Shown here in pieces: positions 36,860-42,277 of a stretch of DNA of 42,277 nucleotides; position 1 is the stretch's first letter; every line of letters begins with the position of its first letter. Position numbers and translations under genes: made by a program. The stretch spans positions 1 through 42,277 of IMG/VR virus record IMGVR_UViG_3300020045_015493; one strand, written 5' to 3'. The notes below the pieces were generated by a model. The model was not told where the DNA came from, made no database searches, and saw only the letters and a list, made by a program, of their open reading frames with translations. The DNA comes from a virus. Lineage: Duplodnaviria > Caudoviricetes.

Positions 36860-37270
36860 ATTTTAAACATCAATCAAAATAAATGATTTTTAAATTACCT
36901 CACTGTTTTTTAATTTTACCGATCACTTTTTTAATATTTCCTCTTATATTTTATATTTTATATTTATAATATATTATATATCAATAAGTTATATATATAA
37001 ATCGGTAAAAAAATAATAGGTATTATTAATAGAAAAAAAATAAAAATATATACATTAATGGAAAAATTTTTTCCCTTTTTACCGTTTTGGCTTAATTTGC
37101 TGAATTTCAATATTTTGTTGTCGGTAAAAAATATTTTAAAATCGGTAAAAATTTGGATTTTTACCGGGTGTTTTTGGTGTTGTGTGTTTTTTAACGGTAC
37201 TACTATTAATATAATGTAAAAAATAGGTGTTTTTTACCCGGTTTGGTTAAAAATTTTTACCGATAAAAAA
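36860..37270. other. Putative replication origin: AT-rich region with TTTTACCG iterons
   Basis: TTTTACCG/CGGTAAAA at ~36914, 37002, 37076, 37121, 37142, 37158 and 37254, plus a variant at 37231; non-coding, between divergent operons. Confidence 0.65.
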
Positions 37271-37361
37271 TTAGCCACAATGATTACGGGCGAAAATATG
37301 CAGATAGAACTGTACTGCTGCAATATATTTTTTAAATATTTAAAAAATATATTGAAATATG

Positions 37362-37393
37362 TTTGCATTATTCAAAAATATGTGTTATCTTTA
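37362..37393 (+). promoter_or_regulatory. Bacteroidota promoter TTTG-N20-TATCTTTA
   Basis: One mismatch to the -33/-7 consensus; 30 nt before ATG 37424. Confidence 0.6.
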
Positions 37394-37423
37394 CTTCATC
37401 AAATAACAATAAAACATACAACG

Positions 37424-37585
37424 ATGAAAACGGCAGAATTAAAAAACAAAGTAATTGCAAAGTTAATCACAGGTGGTAATAATGTAGAAGATGTTAATAA
37501 TATGGTTGCAAAGCATTTTGAATATGCAGCAAGTAAATACAGCACAGTAAAAACAATTTGCGAATGTATCAGAACAATATATTAA
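37424..37585 (+). CDS. Hypothetical protein
   Basis: ORF 37280-37585 with probable ATG at 37424 after the promoter. Confidence 0.65.
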   Translation: MKTAELKNKVIAKLITGGNNVEDVNNMVAKHFEYAASKYSTVKTICECIRTIY

Positions 37586-37974
37586 AAACTAAAGGCGGAA
37601 AACGTAAAGGGGCTGGCAGAAAGTTAGCCCCTTATAAAACCACTACGATTGCTTTTAGGGTTCGTATTGATTGGATTTCTGAACTAAAAAGCTTAATAAA
37701 TAACCGAATAAAAGAACTTAAATTAAAAGAAATGAAAACTTACTCATTGATCAAAACAAAGGATGGTGAACGCAAAGGAACTGAAATTTCACATTTCATT
37801 GGTGAAAATGAAAATGATCCTAAAATGCTGGATGAAGTGAAAACTTACCTAACTGAATGGCTGAATAGTTATACAAGCATTTCGGATGAAGAAATTTCCG
37901 ATTTGTTCTCTGCCTTCGCTGGCAGTTTTTCCTATGACGTTTGGATTTTTGAATTAATCGAAAATGACAATTAA
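37564..37974 (+). CDS. Hypothetical protein with N-terminal GGKRKGAGRK DNA-binding-type motif; possible second start at 37732
   Basis: ORF track; basic N-terminal half and acidic C-terminal half. Confidence 0.6.
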   Translation: MYQNNILKTKGGKRKGAGRKLAPYKTTTIAFRVRIDWISELKSLINNRIKELKLKEMKTYSLIKTKDGERKGTEISHFIGENENDPKMLDEVKTYLTEWLNSYTSISDEEISDLFSAFAGSFSYDVWIFELIENDN

Positions 37975-38155
37975 AGAACTCAAAAAAGAACTTGATTTAA
38001 CCAATAAAGACATAGCCGGGTTCTTTGGCTTGTCGCCTACTGTGTACGCAAATTCAAGCGCAAAAACACGTTATGAAGCTGTACTCTGTCAATTTTTAAA
38101 ATATGTTAAAAAGAAACTCAATGTAGAAGAACAGAGCGACTTAAATAACCCATAA
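37964..38155 (+). CDS. Small HTH-like protein
   Basis: IKELKKELDLTNKDIAGFFGLS; stop codon lies in the TAAC of the first array site. Confidence 0.6.
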   Translation: MTIKELKKELDLTNKDIAGFFGLSPTVYANSSAKTRYEAVLCQFLKYVKKKLNVEEQSDLNNP

Positions 38156-38276
38156 CGGTCGCAAATACCAGCAGTTAGGGATAAAAAGCTCTGACCTGTC
38201 GAGCTGGCAAAAAGTAACAAAAGAGCTTTAAACAATGGCAACGCACGAATACCTTAATTGACTGGTATTTGTTGTT
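38154..38276 (+). repeat. attC-like hairpin site (123 nt)
   Basis: AAC-GGTCG-CAAATACCAGCAGTTAGGG pairs with CCTTAATTG(A)CTGGTATTTG-TT-GTT. Confidence 0.85.
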
Positions 38277-38300
38277 AACGCCAGTTATTTGTCAATCAAA

Positions 38301-38864
38301 ATGCAAACAGTGACTTTTAAGATGAACGGACTTACCTATAATAATTATAGGTTAATTAGAAATTTAGACGAATACTCTGAATTTTTAAAAGAACTAAACA
38401 ATAAATTCACTTTATCTGATGCTGAAATAAAAGATAGGCATGAAAGAAAATACATAGGACATGATTCAACACTCCTTACTTCTATTGCCGAATTTTTCAG
38501 TATAAACGACATTGAGCCATTATCTTTAGATGAAATATTATTGCGATCTAAAATACTTTATGGACGAGTATTATCAGACCAGCTAAAAGATATTTGCAAT
38601 GGTTGCAGTTTAGCCATAAACGATAAAGGTGGTTATTTCCCAATAAAAATTACCGACCATATTTATATAGTATCATCTAATGATATAAAAGAATTTACCG
38701 TGAAAGACATTAAAATATCAAGATGGGCGAATGGACGGCATTTTTACGCTAAGGTCGGGAACATTGATGTTGTCGATAGCGATGGAAATGTAAAGTGGAA
38801 TACTCACTATGCTGCTAAGAGAGAGTCTAATCGGTTTTTAGAAAAACTAAATAATTCTAAATAA
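38301..38864 (+). CDS. Hypothetical cassette protein
   Basis: ORF 38289-38864; ATG at 38301, 27 nt after GTT 38274. Confidence 0.75.
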   Translation: MQTVTFKMNGLTYNNYRLIRNLDEYSEFLKELNNKFTLSDAEIKDRHERKYIGHDSTLLTSIAEFFSINDIEPLSLDEILLRSKILYGRVLSDQLKDICNGCSLAINDKGGYFPIKITDHIYIVSSNDIKEFTVKDIKISRWANGRHFYAKVGNIDVVDSDGNVKWNTHYAAKRESNRFLEKLNNSK

Positions 38865-38896
38865 AATGGCAGAAACTACCCACAAAACTTTATACA

Positions 38897-39190
38897 ATGA
38901 ACGAAAATTTTAACACAAACGAAACTGACAACAAAGTGATTGATTTTATTAATTATCACGCAGCAAGTTATGTAAATGAATTTATGAACGGTGATTCAAT
39001 AACGAGAGCAAGAATGCAGGAAATTTTAACATCTTTTGGAAAACAATTGCTTGACTGCTATCCGTGCGATGTAAAAGAAACTCTCTACGAGAGTAGTAAC
39101 TGCATTAAACCTGATGTTAGCAAACGTCATCTAATCAAATTATTAAAGATATGGAAGGCAAGCATCCCGAATACCATATTGATGTCGTAA
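38897..39190 (+). CDS. Hypothetical protein reading through a degenerate site (CIKPDV|SKR)
   Basis: GTT at 39116 is an in-frame Val. Confidence 0.65.
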   Translation: MNENFNTNETDNKVIDFINYHAASYVNEFMNGDSITRARMQEILTSFGKQLLDCYPCDVKETLYESSNCIKPDVSKRHLIKLLKIWKASIPNTILMS

Positions 39191-39251
39191 AAAGTTATCT
39201 CGATTATGCGTTGTTAGTGCCAGTATTTTGTTGAATATTAATAATTTATAT

Positions 39252-39584
39252 ATGAAAAAGCAAAAATTATACTTTAGTGATTTCGATGAAGAAAGAGCTT
39301 ATACGCTTGATTACATCATTGATGAAATGAAAGAAAGAGAACTTACAGAATGTGAAGTAGCTGTTGCAACCAGAGACACTGATAAAAGTTATTTCTTTTG
39401 CAGAGCAGTACAGGAAGTTTGCGTTAAACCACCAGAAGGAGAACCATGTGGAAAAGAATGTTGTGACTACGAACCAAGAAATGGGAAGAATGGGTGCTGC
39501 AAATTCAGAGGTTTTTGTTATGAGCCATCTGATCGAAAATTTATTCTTAAAATTAATGGAAAACTTTCGCTATTGCCGTTTTAA
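39252..39584 (+). CDS. Cys-rich hypothetical cassette protein
   Basis: ORF 39228-39584 with probable ATG at 39252; 9 Cys; follows GTTAGTGCCAGT at 39213. Confidence 0.75.
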   Translation: MKKQKLYFSDFDEERAYTLDYIIDEMKERELTECEVAVATRDTDKSYFFCRAVQEVCVKPPEGEPCGKECCDYEPRNGKNGCCKFRGFCYEPSDRKFILKINGKLSLLPF

Positions 39585-39667
39585 TGGGGCTTAACGATTT
39601 GTATATAAGCCGTATTTATTTTATTATCAGTTATAAGTAAAATAATTTAAAAATAAACAGTAAATAG

Positions 39668-39698
39668 TTTGTAAATACAAAGTAAATAACTATTTTTG
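39668..39698 (+). promoter_or_regulatory. Bacteroidota promoter TTTG-N19-TATTTTTG inside the array
   Basis: Exact -33/-7 consensus, 34 nt upstream of ORF 39733. Confidence 0.75.
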
Positions 39699-39732
39699 TT
39701 GAGCAATAATGCAATAACTTATTTTTTATATT

Positions 39733-40005
39733 ATGAAAACTGATATTATTAAATTTTGCTTGTTTGACAGAAAGCCAAACGCAAAAGAACTGTACTACAA
39801 CGAAGATGGTATGATGTATATGTGCGATTCTCCTGAAAAAAATAATGAAATTGGATGGCCAGGCCGAAAGATATACACAATTATACCAACATTAGAAAAA
39901 ACAAATCTTTCCATTGAAGAAATGAAAGATTTGACTGCTTTTGTTTGGAAAAATAAAGTGAAAGACGGAACTGTAATTAATATTAAACACAGTTTTGAAG
40001 TATGA
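39733..40005 (+). CDS. Hypothetical protein
   Basis: 90-aa ORF after the promoter. Confidence 0.75.
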   Translation: MKTDIIKFCLFDRKPNAKELYYNEDGMMYMCDSPEKNNEIGWPGRKIYTIIPTLEKTNLSIEEMKDLTAFVWKNKVKDGTVINIKHSFEV

Positions 40006-40154
40006 AAACTAAAAAAGTGACAATAAGCCTTACAGAAGAACAGCAACAACAGGCTAAAGAGATAAGCAAAGAACTACTTGGTAATCAAAACATATCTGGG
40101 TTATTTGCTTTTTGGATAAATCAACACCTAAAGAAACGCTCGAAGGCTTCTTAA
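40002..40154 (+). CDS. 50-aa ribbon-helix-helix-like protein
   Basis: MKTKKVTISLTEEQQQQAKEISKELLGNQNISGLFAFWI; ATGA-coupled; below the ORF-track cutoff. Confidence 0.6.
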   Translation: MKTKKVTISLTEEQQQQAKEISKELLGNQNISGLFAFWINQHLKKRSKAS

Positions 40155-40164
40155 TATGGTGGCT

Positions 40165-40287
40165 AACGTCAAATGTAACCGAAGTAGCGGAATTAATATA
40201 GATGAATTATCAATTTACACTAAAAATTATAAAAATGGAAACACTTAAATTACAGCGAGTAACCCGCTATTTTGGTTACATATTGTT
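40165..40287 (+). repeat. attC-like hairpin site (123 nt); first 115 nt duplicated at 42163-42277 / 7-121
   Basis: ATGTAACCGAAGTAGCGG pairs with CCGCTATTTTGGTTACAT; GTT at 40285. Confidence 0.85.
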
Positions 40288-40651
40288 AGCTACCGTGCTA
40301 TTTTCATCTTGCTTAAAAAGAGTGGCTGAATTGAAGCACGAAAAAGGTATCGTAGTTGCAAAACAATATCAAGGAGAAATAAACACAACTGCAACTGGGG
40401 TTGGAATGTCAACATCTGGAAATATGGTTGCAACAACTCATTCCATACATGAAGATGCCAAATTTAACGTAGTGTTTAAATGTGAACATGGAGTTATATT
40501 CACTATAAACAGTGATGAAGTTTACCTTAAAGTAAAAGAAGGCGATACTGTTACAATTGATTATTATGAAATGCTAAATAAAAAAGGTGAGGTAAAGGAT
40601 TTCGATTTTATTGATGCTAATAAATGCACGAAGGCTGCCCAATCATGGTAG
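40202..40651 (+). CDS. Putative lipoprotein whose signal peptide starts inside the hairpin
   Basis: METLKLQRVTRYFGYILLATVLFSS|C lipobox-like (second ATG likely); body flanked by GTTAGCTACCGTG / CATGGTAGCTAAC. Confidence 0.7.
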   Translation: MNYQFTLKIIKMETLKLQRVTRYFGYILLATVLFSSCLKRVAELKHEKGIVVAKQYQGEINTTATGVGMSTSGNMVATTHSIHEDAKFNVVFKCEHGVIFTINSDEVYLKVKEGDTVTIDYYEMLNKKGEVKDFDFIDANKCTKAAQSW

Positions 40652-40653
40652 CT

Positions 40654-40775
40654 AACGGTGAGTGTAACCGCAGTAGCGGATTAAAAAGTAATAACCTATC
40701 AAATTAAACTAACATGAATAAAGAGCAGAAAACTTCGCACCCCACAGAACCCGCTATTGCGGTTGACACTGTGTT
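40654..40775 (+). repeat. attC-like hairpin site (122 nt)
   Basis: GTGTAACCGCAGTAGCGG pairs with CCGCTATTGCGGTT(G)ACAC; GTT at 40773. Confidence 0.85.
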
Positions 40776-41007
40776 AGCACCATTATTTGTTTATGAATTT
40801 CTTTATAATTCGGATTGTTGCGAATGTGCAGCATTGACTATAAGTATTCACAAAACAAAGAAAGGTGCTGAAATGGCAATGGAGTTTCATAAAAACGAAA
40901 AACTAAAAGAGTGGGAAGCGGAATGTAAAAAATATTTATCTTCAAAAGAATATCCATTTGATTTTGACCAATGGTGGGGTGTTCGTGAATGCGAGTTGCT
41001 TCCTTAA
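40714..41007 (+). CDS. Hypothetical cassette protein starting inside the hairpin loop
   Basis: Reads AVDTV|LAP through the site; body flanked by GTTAGCACCATTATT / AATATTAGTGCTAAC. Confidence 0.75.
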   Translation: MNKEQKTSHPTEPAIAVDTVLAPLFVYEFLYNSDCCECAALTISIHKTKKGAEMAMEFHKNEKLKEWEAECKKYLSSKEYPFDFDQWWGVRECELLP

Positions 41008-41017
41008 TATTAGTGCT

Positions 41018-41141
41018 AACGGTTTTGCAGCTATGCAACGGCATGGGGTTAAAAGCACTTCCCTATCAACCGTTGAAAAATTAACTAAGTGCTATAATGT
41101 TGGCTAACCACGTAATCCATGCTGTTGTATGAGGTTCTGTT
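41018..41141 (+). repeat. attC-like hairpin site (124 nt)
   Basis: ATGCAACGGCATGG pairs with CCATGCTGTTGTAT; GTT at 41139. Confidence 0.8.
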
Positions 41142-41164
41142 ATAGCCAGTTAATACTTTAAATC

Positions 41165-41383
41165 ATGATAAAATTAGACACTTACACAGACGAAAATGTA
41201 TTTGAAGAAGCAAAAAAATACATAAAATCGAATTTGAAAACAGGTGATTACTACACAACATCAATGCTTCAAAGAACTTATAGCATTGGTTATAATAAAG
41301 CTTCTCGAATTTTAGAAATGCTAAGTAAAGAAAAAATCATAAAATTTAGTTCTGATAGAGTGAAAGCTCCGATGGTTCTTTAA
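41165..41383 (+). CDS. Stand-alone FtsK gamma (winged-helix) domain protein
   Basis: TTSMLQRTYSIGYNKASRILEMLSKEKII matches the FtsK-gamma consensus S.S.LQR...IGYNRA.R....L...G.V; flanked by GTTATAGCCAGTTAA / TTAATTGGCTATAAC. Confidence 0.8.
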   Translation: MIKLDTYTDENVFEEAKKYIKSNLKTGDYYTTSMLQRTYSIGYNKASRILEMLSKEKIIKFSSDRVKAPMVL

Positions 41384-41391
41384 TTGGCTAT

Positions 41392-41513
41392 AACGTTGGT
41401 GGTATGGTTAGTTGCCGATTGCGGGCTACTTTCCTATCAAATTACAGATAATTACAAGCGGGTGGTAACGCTTAAATTTAGTACTAATACGGCAATTAAC
41501 TATACCACGGGTT
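41392..41513 (+). repeat. attC-like hairpin site (122 nt)
   Basis: GTGGTATGGTTAGTTGCCG pairs with CGGCAATTAACTATACCAC; GTT at 41511. Confidence 0.85.
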
Positions 41514-41540
41514 AACTGCTGGCTTTTAATTAATTATCAA

Positions 41541-41837
41541 ATGACACGAATAGAAATTGAACAAAAAAGAAAAGAAAACTTTGATAAAATCGAAGAACTT
41601 AAAAAGGAAAATATTGAGCTTTATAAACAAGCAATGGTTATATCTGACGAAAAACAATGGTTTACTGAAGAAATTGAATCGCATCCAAAAGCTAAATATC
41701 AAAGAGAACCGAATTATTTAGATGGTAAATTGGTAGGACGCATTCATTGGAATGAGGATTTTAAAGACGAAGATACTGGCAAGTTAATTACCATTGAACG
41801 TTCTCAATTAGTAAAAGTTGACGGTGAGTGGGTTTAA
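41541..41837 (+). CDS. Cassette protein with an RpoB-like WxEDFxDEDTG..IER motif
   Basis: WNEDFKDEDTGKLITIER; flanked by GTTAACTGCTGGCTT / AAGCTTGCAGTTAAC. Confidence 0.7.
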   Translation: MTRIEIEQKRKENFDKIEELKKENIELYKQAMVISDEKQWFTEEIESHPKAKYQREPNYLDGKLVGRIHWNEDFKDEDTGKLITIERSQLVKVDGEWV

Positions 41838-41847
41838 GCTTGCAGTT

Positions 41848-42046
41848 AACGTATGGTGGTATGAGTATGTTTTTTAACCGATAAAATAGAACGAATATGA
41901 AAGCACATGAATTTATAAGAGAAACATTTGATTTAGACAACAGGACAAGTATAAGTGAACTACCTGATTTACCAATTTCATTAATAGTAGAAATGCTTAA
42001 TAATTACAAGGAAGGTAAGGTTAAAAAATTACTTATACCACGTGTT
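41848..42046 (+). repeat. attC-like hairpin site with a long coding loop (199 nt)
   Basis: GTGGTATGAGTATGTTTTTTAACC pairs with GGTTAAAAAATTACTTATACCAC; GTT at 42044. Confidence 0.85.
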
Positions 42047-42154
42047 GTAGGGCGAAGCGAACAGTTAATTTGCCCTCATTGCGGAAAATATAAAAGCCTG
42101 CAAGGTAATGGAATTATGCACCAACTTTGTGAATGTGGAGAACAAGCAAATTAA
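41897..42154 (+). CDS. Cassette protein with a C-terminal Zn ribbon (CPHC...CEC); starts inside the hairpin loop
   Basis: Reads LLIPRV|VGRSEQL; GTT at 42044 is in frame. Confidence 0.75.
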   Translation: MKAHEFIRETFDLDNRTSISELPDLPISLIVEMLNNYKEGKVKKLLIPRVVGRSEQLICPHCGKYKSLQGNGIMHQLCECGEQAN

Positions 42155-42156
42155 TT

Positions 42157-42277
42157 GCCTACAACGTCAAATGTAACCGAAGTAGCGGAATTAATATAGA
42201 TGAATTATCAATTTACACTAAAAATTATAAAAATGGAAACACTTAAATTACAGCGAGTAACCCGCTATTTTGGTTAC
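42157..42277. repeat. Terminal direct repeat (circular overlap with 1-121)
   Basis: Exact match to 1-121. Confidence 0.95.

Larger units (their letters stand above)
38149..42277 (+). mobile_element. Integron-like cassette array, left part; no integrase in the genome
   Basis: Regular alternation of AAC-hairpin-GTT sites and gene bodies bracketed by matched GTT.../...AAC inverted repeats. Confidence 0.8.

Noticed and set aside
38149-42277. CRISPR array or intrinsic terminators as the explanation of the repeats
   Set aside because: The sites are not direct repeats, have large loops and no U-tracts, and the intervening units are genes with matched arms.
38149-42277. Shufflon (inversion system) or diversity-generating retroelement
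   Set aside because: All genes are co-oriented and the arms are unit-specific; no invertase, reverse transcriptase or adenine-variant TR/VR pair is present, and the 115-nt duplicate is exact.

Overview
This window is an apparently complete, circularly permuted ~42.16-kb tailed-phage genome. The 121-bp end overlap is 1-121 = 42157-42277. It is AT-rich and has TTTG-N19-21-TAnnTTTG promoters, which points to a Bacteroidota host. The + strand (1356-10913) carries recombination and replication genes: SbcC/Rad50-like ATPase, RecT/Bet, MBL hydrolase, HNH, SSB-like and SF3-type helicase. The - strand (36820-10998) carries Gp37/Gp68, terminase, portal, ClpP-type protease, capsid, tail, tape measure, fibre-like and lysis genes. 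An iteron-rich putative origin lies at ~36.9-37.3 kb. I found no integrase, primase or DNA polymerase. Three things stand out. (1) A ~5-kb array of small genes (38149-42277 joined to 1-1033) is separated by about a dozen attC-like hairpin sites (AAC...stem-loop...GTT). Each gene body is bracketed by its own inverted repeat, the sites fold on the coding strand, and six genes start inside a hairpin loop and read through the GTT. This looks like a non-canonical, integrase-less integron-like cassette system in a phage. (2) Six virion-module proteins carry Bacteroidota Sec signal peptides with Gln at +1, and most are rich in D-(S/T)-(A/I/L/V/M/T) O-glycosylation sequons, suggesting export and host glycosylation of virion parts. 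(3) A solitary 37-bp CRISPR-like repeat at 2007-2043 is a candidate RNA anti-CRISPR or degenerate mini-array. All product calls come from motif recognition by eye, with no database searches.
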